Source: Eledone cirrhosa (lineage: Eukaryota). From it: DNA of 64,000 bases. The notes below the pieces were generated by a model. It did no database searches. It was not told where the DNA came from and was given only the letters and a program-made list of their open reading frames with translations. Each line of letters begins with the position of its first letter. Position 1 is the first letter of the stretch. The stretch spans positions 67,208,001 to 67,272,000 of the forward strand of contig OZ024741.1 of assembly GCA_964016885.1 (NCBI GenBank), in the 5' to 3' direction. Below are positions 1 through 13,735 of the stretch, one piece after another. The position numbers were made by a program, and so were the translations under genes.

Positions 1-3000
1 CGTGACAGCAGGTGTTCGACATAAACCCACAAGTCAGCAATGCTCGGACACTGGACGAGTGCGTGTAGGACGGTTTCGTCACCCTGCGCGCATCTCGGAC
101 ATGCCCGGCTGACGGCACCTCCATGCCTGTAGAGTTTATCCCGAACTGGCAAAGCTCCTCGGTAGCACTGCCAGGCCAGGGATTTCTGGAAGTTGTCCAT
201 AGGCCCCGGCCCGAAAGTCCTTCCGAAGAGATTGGCTAGTTGATTTTCGTCGACGCCTAGAATTTCTCCAAGTACGTCGTCGCTCTTCCCCTCCACTAAT
301 CCCCTATAGAACGCCAAGGTGGAGTTTCCACCGATCACATTGCCCGATTGGTCGAGGGCTGTGAGCGCCTGAAGACATTCCAGTCTCCAAGCGCTCCCTC
401 TCGGTCTTCGCTTGACCCAGGACTGCAGCTCCGTCAAGGAGACGAGCTGGGGAAAAACGTGTCTAGCAAACGGCGACCACACCTGATCACCGTCGAGGAA
501 GAGGTGGAGATGTCGTAGCCTGCGCGCGTGTCTGCGCATCATCAGCCACGGCATGCCCAGCCCTCCACGTAGCGGGTGTTGACAGCAGATGGACCGCCTG
601 ATCATCGGAGCGCGTCCCTTCCACAAGAAGCGAAAGAGCAAACGCTCCAGCGCGGGGCTTAGGACAAGGTACGACGGTCAGGCGGTAGTAGATGACGGAC
701 GCGATGTACGCGTTAGCCACCTCCGCTCGACCTTTCAGGGATAGCTTCCTCTCGGCCCATTTCTGGGTGAGAGAAGCCACCCTGCTCGTCACCTCGTCGC
801 AGTTTTTGTCCGTCTGGAGGTCTGGACCGAACCAGACCCCTAGCAATTTAACCGGTCCGTCCGTTCAGCGCCCGACGACGCTGTTGGACGGCATGGACCT
901 GCCTCTCCAGGTGCCGAGCTGCAGGCCCACTGACTTTTCCTGGTTGATCATTGCTCCTTTCATCGCTTCGTATTCTCTTAGTGTAGTGCCGATCGCCTCG
1001 ATGTGTTTGGCGTTCGACACCACTACGGTGACATCGTCGGCATATGCTGACACGGATCTTCCGCATCCTAGTTCGCGCGGGACCCCCTCAATGTCTCCAG
1101 TTTGTGCAGTAGTGGCTCGAGAGTCAATACGTACAATAGGGACGAGATTGGACATCCTTGGCGGACCGAGCGCATGATGTTGAACGGTTCCGAAAGGTGA
1201 CCGTTCACTCTCACTACAGAGCAGATGTCGCTGTGCATGGCAGCGATCCAGCCTCTGAAGACGGGCCCAAAGCCAGTCGCCCTCAGGACTGCTGCTAGGT
1301 AACGATGGTCGACCCTATCGAAGGCTTTCGACTGATCTAAATTGATCAAAGACCCACCCGTGCCAGGTTCCCTAGCTACCCTCTCTACGATGTATCGCAT
1401 GAGGTGGAGGTTGTCGTGGATGGATCTGTCGGGAATGGCGCATGTCTGTGCCTCTCCCACCAGACCACCAACGACAAGCGCCAACCTCTTTGCTAGCACC
1501 TTGGCCAAAATCTTGAACTCTGTGTTTAGCAGAGTTATGGGCCGGAAATTATCTATGTTATCCCCCTTGTTCGGATCCTTTCTCAGCAGCGCCACCGCTC
1601 CTTGGCTCACAGAGCTGGGAATTCTCCCGTTCTGTTGCCAGTTGCAGTAGACATCCGCCAAGAGGCCTCCGAACAAGTTTGGTATTTGTACGTAAAGTTC
1701 ATAGGGCAGACCATCCAAACCAGGCGATTTACCCCTTTTGCAACTAGTCATTGCATCCCGTACTTCAGCGGTTGTTATCAGCTTTTCGCAACACTCCGCC
1801 TCAGTGGCCGAAAGCCGCGGCAGTCCGTCGAGGTAGACACTAAAGTCCATCCCTCGATCCGGCCCGCCACTGCCCCCGAACAGTTGAGCGAAGTGTCGCT
1901 GAAAAGCTTCACACATTTGCCCGGGATCGAGTCGCATGCGCCCGTCGTGGTCCACCAAAGATCGGATCGTGGCTTTGTTGCCACGACGCGCCTCCGCCAC
2001 TCGGGCCCATTGAACGGCTTTCGTCCGCTCGTGTCTGAGAGCACGCACCCTAGCTCTGACAACGCAGCCTTCGTGCTTTGCATTGAAGAATTGGTCAAGG
2101 GCCAATTTCGCCGCAAGTACGTCGGTCGCGATGCCTTTGCTAAGCGCCTCATCTAATTTTCTAACTAATTCTCCCTCTGCTCTATTTTTCTCTATTGCTA
2201 AAGTCTTACTAAACCTAATGGACTCTATTCTAATTGCTCTTTTCAGAGCAAACCACCACTTGTTGTTGACGATGGCCCCCGTCAACGCCCGCTTAACTAG
2301 TTCGCTAATCCGGTATCTGTAGGCCTTGCGCGCTGGTAAGGACGCGTTTAGCTTCCAGTAGCCGGGTCCTCGTCTATGAAGCCTATCTAAGTCAAGCACA
2401 CAGATCACGAATTTGTGGTCCGTGTAGCTGACTATCTTGAATTGTGGACAGCCTATGCTAGACCTATCTATTTCCCTACAAAATACTCTATCTAGATATG
2501 ATCTGGATGACCCTATGCGATTTGTCCAAGTCCACATTGGCACATTCGGGAAATCCATTCGGTACCTGTCAGACAGTTCAAAACGTCTGAGCAGGTTGGT
2601 GAGACTCTTGCACCCTCCTTCCCTATCCACTAATCCCACACAATCCCAGCGTGCATCTAAGATCCCGTTCCAGTCGCCCACTAACACTAAAGAGCGGGTC
2701 GTTCCAAGAAAGGTCTCCAGACGCCGGAAGAAATCAGGCCGCCCTGCTCCTGTCGGGGCATAGACGGCCACTAACCTGAAAGCTTGCCCGTCTCCGCTGG
2801 TCACGTCCAGCACCACCAACTTACCTTCTGGGTCCAGGAAGATGGCCCGTATGGCAAGATCCAAACCTCTCCGAAAAAGCACAGCAGCTCCTCCCCCCGA
2901 TCCCGGACGGCTGGGAGATGCGTACACATCGTAGCCGCCGAAGATCGGTGCGAAAGCCTGTGCTTCGGAGATTCTGGTCTCGCTGATGGCCACTACATCT

Positions 3001-3095
3001 ATGTTTAGTGACCTGAGGTCGTTGAGCAGGTGGCCCTGCTTCCATGACGACCTCAAGCCACGCGCATTTATGCTGCCTATTCTGAGTGAGGTCAT
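1..3095 (-). pseudogene. Tx1/L1 ORF2 (APE endonuclease + reverse transcriptase), frameshifted
   Basis: APE motifs SINARGL, SETR, VGDWN, SYLDRVF, YTDH. RT motifs KSPGLDG, FRPITLLN, LDQSKAFDRVDH, VRQGCP; frameshift near 1090, then YADD (ORF 865..1155) and LGVWF (ORF 487..846). Zinc-finger-like ACPRC..DET..HALVQC within 1-130. Confidence 0.93.
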
Positions 3096-3129
3096 GTTGA
3101 AAAGGAGTGGAAAAGATGGGAAAGACCAC

Positions 3130-4958
3130 TTACCTTACTTCTCGTAGGGGAAGGACGGTTTTTCCATCCTTTTCACTGCTTGTGGCCTCCTCAGGAAGGA
3201 TGTCCTTATAAATCCTCCTGGAGATTGCTTGTCGGAAGTCTCCGGTGCCTTTGGGGAATTTTTTTTTTAGTGTCATGTACGTTTTCTGTGTGATGCGATT
3301 GATTTGTATGTGTGGAGGTGGTGTGAATTTTGGGGTTGTTGTGTAGTCTTTTTCTGTGATGCTGGTGTTGTGTTGGATGTAGTGTAATAATTGCTTGTTG
3401 TTCAAATTTAATGCTGTGTAGTGTGTATCGTTTTGGTTGTTTTGTTTTGTTTGCGTTTGTTGTGGGTTTGTTTCTGTTTCGCATTTTGTTGACATTTGTG
3501 GTGTAGGTGATGGTGGTGTTGGGGTTAATGATGGTGATGGTGTTGGTGTTTGGGTTGATGGGGTTGGTGATGCTGGTGTGGATGGTGGCATATCTGTCCT
3601 AACTTTTTTGTTTCTTAATTTATTTGTTTCCCTCTGTATTTTGCTTTTGGAGGGGGAAGGAAGAGAATTTTTTCTTTTTTGGTTTCTTTTTTTTTTTTCC
3701 GGATATCGTTTCCCACTCCTCGTCGTCACAATCTGTCTCCAGTTGTGATATGCCGGGGAGTGGAAAATCCTCCACAGGCGTTAGTTTTGGTTGTGGCGTG
3801 GTGGATGGTGTAGGCGCTGGTGCTAGTTCTGAAGTGTTGGGTGGTGGTGGTGTTGGTTTTGCTGGTGGTGGTGGTGGTGTTGGTTTTGCTACTGTTGCTG
3901 GGGTTGTTGCTGTAATAGTTGCTTCTGTTGTTGCTGCTACAGTTGTTGCTGCCATCTCTGCTACTGGTGGTGTTGATGGTTGTGTCACTGGGGTGGGTAG
4001 GAGAGGTGGCCTCAACCTTTTAGCCTGAGGGCAGAAAGCCCTTAGGTGGGTTCCTTCACCACAAACGACACACCTAGGTCTTCTGCTCTCGACAATTACC
4101 GTGAGGTGGCTGCCGTCAGTGAGGTCTATTACCTCTGGGATCTCCTCAATGCTTTTTTGGTCCGCTTGGATCAGGAGCTCCATCCCAGATCCGGACCAGT
4201 TCTCCTGCTTTTCTTTTGCTATTGCTATTATTTTTGTGTTGGCTTCGATGCCGGCGAGGACGGCCGCTATTAGCCAGGGAATTTCGATGGCCGGTAGAGC
4301 GTGGGTCACCCTGATCTTTACGAGTCTCTGGCCACAATAGCTTGGGACGAGTGTGAAGTCGTCACTTCTTAATGGGGCCATGGAGTGTTCTCTAGCCTCC
4401 TCTGGTGTTTCAAAGAACACGTCCACGGTTCCATACTTTTGCCCACGTCTCATGTGGGTTTTTCTTGCCCACACATGTCCCAAAGCCTTTTGGATTTGGG
4501 ACTCGGATGCCCGTTCCACTCGGCGCGATTTTACATTTATTGTTCGATACGACACGGTGCATAGGCGCCGATGCTCCATTTTATTAGGTGGGGGTGGGGG
4601 TGAGGCTGACCCTGTACCCATCTTTCTTTACCATTTGTTTGGCATTTTCTAAATCCTCCTGAGTTACCGTAAATGCTTCGAACTATTTTGCTACTCTGGC
4701 GAAACTGAGGGTGGTTTTTATAATGTCATTGTTGTTGTTGTTGCTATCGTTATTTGTGTTAATATTAATTTTAGTTTCAGTTGTGGTGGTGGTGACGTCA
4801 GTCGTCTTTGGTGGGGAAGAGTCCATTTTGCTTGATTTCATTTCGACATCACGAGTTAATTTATTTTTTTCTTTTGTTTCTGTTGTCGCGGTGGTGGTGG
4901 GGGTGGTGGTTGTCGCGGTGGTGGTGGTGGTGGTGGAGGCTTTAACACCTGCAGTCAT
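3130..4958 (-). pseudogene. Tx1/L1 ORF1 (nucleic-acid-binding, CCHC knuckle), split by a stop and frameshifts
   Basis: ORF 3620..4621 contains CVVCGEGTHLRAFC (CX2CX4HX4C). The flanking Thr/Pro/Lys-rich ORFs 4683..4958 and 3130..3729 can be joined via a TAG at about 4683 and shifts near 4620 and in the A-run near 3690. Confidence 0.75.
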
Positions 4959-5336
4959 TGGTAATGGCGGAAATGAATGTCTGCCTGAGACAAATTTAAA
5001 ATATTGCTACTGCTTATATTTTTTTCGTGTTGGCAAACGTAGTAACATTTACAATGGTGGTGTCGGTGTGAGGTGTTAATTTGTGAGGAAGGCTTTCAGC
5101 TGCTTGGTGCAGAGGTGAATTAGCCATTTTTTTTCAAATAAATTTTTTGATAATAATAAAGGTTTAAATTTTGGGCACAAGGCCCCAATCTTTTTGGGTG
5201 TCCTTTTCGGAAAACAATGTATGTGCGCTTATATATGGTTAACAATAAAAATTTTCCATAAATGGCAATGTTTAACAAACGGAAATAACAAACCTTTGCG
5301 GAGCTCACGATGATACGATTTACTACGTAGGTCGCC

Positions 5337-5982
<646 letters not shown>

Positions 5983-6011
5983 ATAACAATAACAATAATA
6001 ATAATAATAAT

Positions 6012-9000
6012 TCATTTTGGGGGTTTTTCTGCCTGTTTGTTTGTTTGTTTATTTGAGTTCGTCTACAGCGTGATAATGCCACACAAAAGTCACCTGGAGT
6101 GACGAAACCACCGGAGACAAGTAGTTCACCGGTGGTTATGTAACCATACATTCGCCAATCCTCGATAAGAGTGTTTAAAATGTCGAACCTAAACAGTTCG
6201 AATAACGGTGAAATGGAGACTAGAATGTCATGTGACAGACTCTCACCCAACAGGTGCTCCCTGGCTCAGCAGCAGGGACCTGGCTGTCAGCCAAATACTG
6301 CTGGTGTCGGAGGAAGAAGAAGAAGGAAAGGGACCAGAACCAACTGGACGAAAGAATTGAATAGAACTGTTATGCAATGTTACCTGAAGAGTAACCCCAA
6401 GGAGAAAGGCTATAGGAAACGATGCATAACATCTGGAACGAGATTGGTCTATTTAAATTAGATGAACAAAAATTGGCCGGGCAGGCTCGGGTAATAAGAA
6501 CTAATGGGTGGATAAGCGAGCTGGAACTGGAGGAACTGAGCAGAGAGAATGGCTTGGAGATGGCGGGTGTAGTATGCCAGACAAGCGAGCCAGTGGGAAA
6601 TGAAGGTGAAGAGGTCCTGAGAACGGAAGAACCACCCGAAGCAGACAATGATCTGAATACTGAGATAAATAATACCGAAACGACTGAGTGGTCAAATCAG
6701 GGAAATGAGAAATGACATTGGAAAGCTTGAGTCCCTACTGAATGGGACACTAAAAAACATAGACACTAAAAATAGACTGGAAATAAAGTACAAAACTAGG
6801 AGGAAAAAGCTAAATATTATCATAGAGGAACTGAAGCAACGCATTGTAGGCAAAGAGTGCAAAAATTAGGCGATACGAGAACAGAGTCAGCCAGTATAGA
6901 CAGAACCGCATGTTCGACAACAACCAGAAGATGCTGTTTGGACAGCTTGAAGGGAAAGAAAGAGGCAACGACTTGATCCCTGAGGCGGAACAAACTAAAA
7001 CATTCTGGAGAGGAATATGGGAGCAGGATGTTAAACATAATGACCAGGCAGTGTGGATTGAGACAGTACAGAAGTATATTAGTGGGCAGGCCAAAAAACT
7101 AACCAAGTGGAAATCACCAGGCCCAGATGGTGTGCAGGGGTATTGGATTAAAAATATAACATCCCTCCACTCGAAACCAACAACCATGTTCAATGACTGC
7201 TTGATGTCAGGTGAGGTACCAGAGTGGTTGACAAAAGGTATCACAGTTCTGATAATGAAAGACGGAATCAAGGGTAATGATGTTACCAACTATAGACCTA
7301 TCACATGTCTGTCCGTAATGTGGAAACTGTTGACAAGCATTATGTCTGAGGAAATCTACCATCACCTCCACACAAACAACTTGTTACCGGACGAACAGAA
7401 AGGATGCCGAAAGAAGCCACGTGGTACAAAGGACCAGTTACTTATTGATAAGATGGTAATGAGGAATTGCAAGAGGAAACACACTGGTCTTGCCATGGGA
7501 TGGATAGACTACAAAAAGGCATTTGACATGGTGCCTCATTCTTGGACCACCAAAAGCCTGGAGATATTCAAGGTGGCAGATAACATCAGCCAGTTGTTGG
7601 GCAAAAGTATGAAATCCTGGGAAACAGAGTTAACATCAACTGGAGAATCCTTGGGAGGCGTGAACATCAAGAGATAGTCTGTCCGCTCTGTTGTTTGTCC
7701 TTGCCCTGATACCCCTGATGCCCCTGACCAGTGTACTGCGAAAAGGGAGAGCAGGATACAGGTTGGGAAAGGGAGGGCTTACCATCAATCACCTCTTCTT
7801 CATGGACGATCTTAAGCTCTTCGGGAAGAGTGAGAAGGGGTTGGATGTGCTTGTTGACGCTGTCCGTATTTTCAGCAATGATATATGTATGCAATTTGGT
7901 ATTAGTAAGTGTGGAGTCATTGTGATGAAGAGGGGTAAGTTGAGCAGAAGTAACGGAATCCAGGTACCAACAGGTGAGATGATAAAGGAAATTGACTCTG
8001 AAGAAGGATACAAGTATTTGGGCGTTCTGGAGGCTGATGACATCAAGAACAAAAAAAATGAAGGAATTGATAAGAACTGAATACATTCGGAGAGTAAGGA
8101 GCGTATTAAAGTCACATCTGAACAGTAGGAATGCAGTAAATTCCCGAGCTGTGTCTATTATTAGGTACAGTGCGGGAATTCTGAGATGGAATGTTGCTGA
8201 ACAGAAAGAAATGGATAGGAAGACTAGGAAGCTATTGACTATCTACAACATGTTCCACAAGAGGAGTGATGTCGATAGACTCTACTTAAGGAGATCTGAG
8301 GGTGGAAGAGGTCTTATCAGCATAGAGGACTGTGTTCAGATGGAGAAAAACAACCTACACAAATACGTGAGTGATAGTAAGGAGCCAATGCTCAGAACTG
8401 TACTGAAGGAGGGGACAGTAGGCCAGGGGATGTCCAAGGAGGAAATAACATCAAGGAGAAAGAGCAGCCTTCAGGAAAAATCCCTTCATAGTACCTTCTT
8501 TGAGAAAACTGAATTCAGAGATCCACAGATATGGAACGAGTTGAAAAGAGGAGACCTTAAAAAGGCTACAGAAGGAAGGTTAATGGCTGCGCAAGAGCAG
8601 GCCCTCAAAACGAAGTGGTTGAAACACCCTATTTACAAGGAGGAGGCTAGCCCACTGTGCAGGATCTGTGGAGAGAGAGAGGAGACTGTGGCTCACATTG
8701 TATCCGAGTGTAAACACCTAGCCCAGACTCACTATAAGGGCTGGAGACATGATGTGATGGGCAGGGTGATCCACTGGCACCTATGCAAAGTAAACAATTT
8801 ACCACATTCTGAGAAGTGGTATGAGCATAAGCCAGAGGCGCTGATAGAAAACGATCAGGTGAAGGTGCTGTGGGATTTTAGGATACAGACGGACAAGAAA
8901 CTTGAACACAATAGACCTGACCTGGTGGTTGTGGACAAAGAAAAAAGATCGTGCCTGATTGTGGATGTAGCCTGCCCATTCGACACGAGAGTGCAAGAGA

Positions 9001-9305
9001 AGGAGACGGAGAAAATTAACCGATACCAGGACTTAAAGTGGGAGGTAAAAAGGATTTGGAACTGCCATGAAGTCAAAGTGATCCCGATTGTCATAGGCGC
9101 ACTAGGGACTATCTCAAAAAGTTCCAGGGATGGTTAGAGAAAATTGGCCCCTTCACGCTTTTTGGAACGCTTCAAAAGGCATGCTTGCTGGGAACAGCAA
9201 GAACCCTCCGATACGTCCTGAATATCTGAGGCTGCAGGTAGTGGCTTGATATTCATTTCAACAAACTTTCCAGTTAACTAACATCAATGACTGAGACTCA
9301 AAGAG
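6012..9305 (+). mobile_element. Near full-length R4/Dong-clade non-LTR retrotransposon (RT + CCHC + RLE), disabled
   Basis: ORF pieces 6171-9229: WKSPGPDG, NYRPITCL, EQKG, DYKKAFDMVPH, FMDD, YKYLG, CRICGEREETVAHIVSEC, RLE PD..D. Multiple frameshifts; TAA/CAA repeats at both ends. Confidence 0.9.
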
Positions 9306-9349
9306 TAATAACAACAACAATAATAATAATACACTAATAATAATTATTA

Positions 9350-10204
9350 ATGATTTCTTTATTGGCCCACAGGGGCTGACATCAAGAAAAACATTACAGA
9401 CGGCAAAGGACGGTACAGGACGGTACGATGTGGGTTTTGTGCGTGTAAATATTTTTATTATTTATATAAGAAAAGAAAAAAAAAGGACATAGAAACATAT
9501 ATATATATATATAAACAATAAAAATGAAAATTGAAACAATGAAAAATTCCCCAATAGAGGGGAAACCTCGAGGGTTACTCGTGGCGAAAACCACACAGAA
9601 GACCACGGCCACCCTGGCCACCAGGGCAAGCGCCTTCTCTCAATTTTTCCATCTCTCAAACTACAGACGCATATTCAGAGTGGTCCCGTACACTCGGACC
9701 ATTCTCGCTATATTCACCCACCTTTCAACAAACTTGCTAGAAAGCAGCACTTGCCTCTCCACCCTCATTTTCCTCTTCAAGTGAAACTTGAAAAAGTTAA
9801 TTAGGTATTTGCCGAATAGGAAAGTGTCTGTCTTTAACCCTGTTAACCTTGTCCACCATACAATCTCTTTCGCCATGGCCACCAGGCAGATGAAAACCGC
9901 CTGCCCTTCCTCCTCGAAGGAAGACGGCGAGACCATCTGCACAATGGACTCAGTCGACAACCGGATCGGTCTTACACGCGACAGCAACTGTTTGACATAG
10001 CTCCACAAGTCAGTAATGCTCGGGGACTGAACGAGTGCGTGCACGATGGTTTCGTCGCTCTGCGCGCATCTCGGACAGGCTCGACTGACGGCACTTTCGT
10101 GCCTGTAGAGCTTATCTCGAACCGGCAGCGCTCCCCAGTAACACTGCCAGGCCAGGAATTTTTGGAAGTTATCCATAGGCCCCGGGCTGAAAGTTCTCCG
10201 GAAG
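9350..10204 (-). mobile_element. 5'-truncated Tx1/L1 copy (ORF2 C-terminus + 3' UTR with AATAAA)
   Basis: ORF 9661..10176 (LPVRDKLYRH..ACPRC..DETIVHAL) is homologous to positions 1-230. The minus-strand 3' end reads ccAATAAAgaaatc followed by (ATT)n. Confidence 0.88.
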
Positions 10205-10220
10205 AGAGCAAACAGCTGAT

Positions 10221-10285
10221 CTTCTCCTAGAAGAATGCCCTGACAAGGGCTAGGGGTTCTTCACTCCCAGTGGTTTAACTGCGCG
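10221..10285 (-). repeat. Fragment of an interspersed repeat, also present at 34403-34468 (opposite strand)
   Basis: cttctcctagaagaatg..cactcccagtggtttaac is the reverse complement of the 34403-34468 segment. Confidence 0.75.
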
Positions 10286-11046
10286 ATCGGGCATCCAGCC
10301 CGATTATTTCTATGTCACCGCGCGCGCGCAAAAAAAAGAAAAAAACTCACTTATTGACACTTAAACGTACGATATACACACACGTGCACACACAAATACA
10401 TACGCGCGCACACACACGCATACATACGCACGCACACAGCAACACTCATACATACATACAAACACACACACGCTACTCACTTACACACACACATATACAT
10501 ATATATATATATATATATTACCGTCATTACTGATACAAGATTACAAAATTATGTCAACTGTTGACTTTCAAGAGTTCGTATAGTTGAAGCCGTTCGTATT
10601 ACAGTCCAGTATTATTATAATATGTATGAAGGGTGCTTATAGATAGGACAACACACGCTGTCTTTTCGTTGGGTAAGTTTTTAATTAATTTTTGTATTCT
10701 GAAACATCAAAATACAACAATTTTTTGGTGACTGGACTCGGGAATGTCACAACAGAAGTTTGTGGAAGTTACACAAATATTTTCGTATATTTTACCAGAG
10801 CAATCTTTATTTATATTTTACATTTTACATTTTACATTTACTTACATCTCAACATAACATGGCTAAAATTCAAATTTTGCAAAGAGAAGAAAACGGACAA
10901 ATGAACTAGATTCATCTCACTGTCCCCCACCACCACAATAACGTCTACACTCTCTCCCCACCATCACATTTACTTTTACACATGCCATTACCCTATCGAG
11001 ACTAAAGTCACCGACCTGTTGCCAAACTCTCTACTCTGTGCTGAAA

Positions 11047-11120
<74 letters not shown>

Positions 11121-12063
11121 TACAATAACAGAGATAGTTTAAAGCTAAACTCTGACTGGTGACCATCTCACTCAACAAACATTAGGTTATATTTAAATAT
11201 AAACCCAATTTAAGTGTTTGGAGTGCTAACAATATGTATAACGTGGAAAAACCAGTTGTATTATTTTATGAGATATAATTAAACAATTGTTTCATTATAA
11301 GTTTTCTACAAGTTGGGAGAATGTTTCCAGTTTATGTAGAAGCCTAATATATATTCATGTAAGAATATATTTAGGTGGGCACTTATAAATCATCAGTGGA
11401 AGCCCGTTAAACTTTGATAAAAGAAAATAATTTCTTACCGCTGTCAAAATTCGTGTCCGTAAAGTTACTCTCTCTCGCCTCGAATGACCGCCAAATTTGA
11501 AATTCCAGCAGTTTTTGGCTGAGGAATTATCACAGCGACACGAAGCGGGAAGGGGAGACAACCCACGATCCACGAAATGAGGAAAAAAAATAATATACAC
11601 GCGGGTTAATTAGTTTTTTTGAAAACATTATCAATCCAGTGTGTATATACATCACTCAGTCAAACGACCAGATTGCAACCCCAACATCTACAACAACAAC
11701 ACCGGCACTAATGTTTACAGCAACAGCTTCAGAATGAATTGAAATGAACATTTACAACAACAACAACAACAACAACAGCGGCATCAAACGATAAAAGATA
11801 ACAAACCCAACAAACAAACAAAAAATCAAAATAACAAAACACACACACACACGCACACAACACAACAAAAACATCAACTGCCACCACCACCACCACCACC
11901 GCCATAGCTCTCTATATATATACATACATCTATACATACATACATACATACATACATACATACATACATACATACATACACAAAGGGCGGAGGAACTCAA
12001 CAGAGTCAACGGCCATCCAAAAAGTAGTTTTTTTCTTTTTTTCCACCTGGGATGGAAAGGCTC

Positions 12064-12469
12064 CTAGTTGTTGACAGCCTGGCTGTCAGAGAACTTCTTC
12101 GGCCACACTTCACCTGACATCTGGCCTCCCAGCTCGCCTGACTGCAACCCGCTCGACTTCTTTGTGTGGGGCGCAGTGGAACGAGACACCAACAGATCTA
12201 GCTGCAATACGAAAGACGATCTGAAGGCCAGGATCACAAGTGCCTTTAGGGGCCTAAGTCGGGGGACAGTGACGAAGGCCTGTAGCCGGTTCCGAGGTCG
12301 CTTCGAGGCCGTCATTAAAGCGAATGGCGTGTTTATCGAGTGAGATCGAAAGAACAAGTCATGAAGACAAACTGACCCAAGTTTGATAAATAAATCATAA
12401 AAAATAAAACTACTGAATTATTTTTTCCTAGACAGTAATCTTCTGAACAAATATCGTCCGCACCCTGTA
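12064..12469 (+). mobile_element. Tc1/mariner-superfamily (maT/DD37D-like) transposon 3' fragment
   Basis: WPPSSPDCNPLDFFVWG motif in ORF 12068..12343; terminal CACCCTG followed by TA at 12461-12469. Confidence 0.85.
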
Positions 12470-13380
12470 TATATATATATATATATATATATAAAAAGAG
12501 GTGTGACACACGAGTTATTATATGTTAGTAAAAAGGAAAAGAAAATGCTGACACATTTTTCCCAGTGAAAAATAGTTTAATTAGGAATAAGTATAAATTA
12601 GTAATAAGTATTAGTTAGTATTCAGTTCTAGTTTTAAGTTTTTACCGGTTGCGCATTTCTTATGCTTTTCAAAAATAATTTTGAGATAGAGTGCTCGTGA
12701 TTTTTGCTATGATGAAATACCAATGATCGTTCGCAAATCACTGATGAGGGACTAATTTTATAATATGTAATCCATGTGCAACCATGCAGTATTCTTCTCC
12801 CCATATTTTTCATATATTTACCTAAACTGCGATTCACTGTTTCTCTCTTTCTCTCTTACTGCTCCCTCGTTCTCTCTGTTTCTCTTACTTTCTTTCGTCC
12901 TCTCTGACAGTTAACACTTTCTCTCGACTGACCTCTTCCTCGCACTTCCACTCACTCACTCCCTGTTTCTACCCTTCTTACTTCCTCCCGTTCGCTAGGA
13001 GTCAGATTTTCCTTCTTTCTCACTCACAGAGAAAGGTCTGTTTCCTATACGCTCATGAATTCACCCAGTTTATACTGATCGAATAACCATGTTGCTTGTT
13101 TTTCTTCCCATCTTCGGTTAGCCTTCCCTTCGTGTTGTTTACTTGTCTCACTCGCTTTACGCGTTTCACTTGTCCCAATAACTTATTTTAGTTATTGCTC
13201 GCACCAACGTGAGGTATATGATTTTTAATGCGATGAAATACCAATGATCGTTGACAAATCACTGATGAGGGACTAATTTTATAATATGTCATCCATGTGC
13301 AACCATGCAGTATTCTTATATTTTTCATATATATATATATTTATAATATAAGATCAAAAGATGGTTAAAGGAGTTCCATG

Positions 13381-13451
13381 TATTTTATTATGCGCATTTC
13401 AAAAACAAACATCATCATGCAATAATATTTGTGTTTTCATCAGATAAAACA
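13381..13451 (-). ncRNA. Type I hammerhead ribozyme (canonical core, palindromic stem III)
   Basis: Minus strand: tgttttat-CTGATGA-[16-bp stem II, loop gcat]-GAA-ATGCGCAT-A-ataaaata. Stem I pairs 8 bp; predicted cleavage triplet AUA. Confidence 0.85.
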
Positions 13452-13515
13452 GGAGAACATGATATGAAGGCTAAAAAACACTTGTGGATAGTGCAGTTTT
13501 AAATCAACATATTTA

Positions 13516-13551
<36 letters not shown>

Positions 13552-13595
13552 AAGTAAAAGTGAAGTAGTTTCAGATGTTCAAGTCCTTTAATAAT

Positions 13596-13735
13596 AATTG
13601 TTTCTACGTTAGGCACAAGGCCAGCAATTACCCAGTGTATTACTGGTACTTTATTTTATTGACCCCGTAAGGATGAAAGGCAAAGTTAACCTCGGCGGGA
13701 TTTGAACTCAGAATAGCAAGGACCGTAACTCTATG
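13596..13735 (-). mobile_element. tRNA-derived SINE (main family), partial
   Basis: Reverse complement of gagttcaaatcccgccgaggttaactttgcctttcatccttacggggtc..gtaccag..ggccttgtgcc. Confidence 0.9.

Larger units (their letters stand above)
1..5150 (-). mobile_element. Tx1/L1-clade non-LTR retrotransposon, near full length, disabled; 3' end runs off the window
   Basis: ORF1 with a gag-type zinc knuckle followed by ORF2 with APE endonuclease, RT and C-terminal Cys motif. The 5' boundary is approximate (5150-5336). Confidence 0.9.

Noticed and set aside
692-4652. Plus-strand ORFs overlapping the Tx1 element
   Set aside because: Antisense shadows of GC-rich or low-complexity retrotransposon coding sequence.
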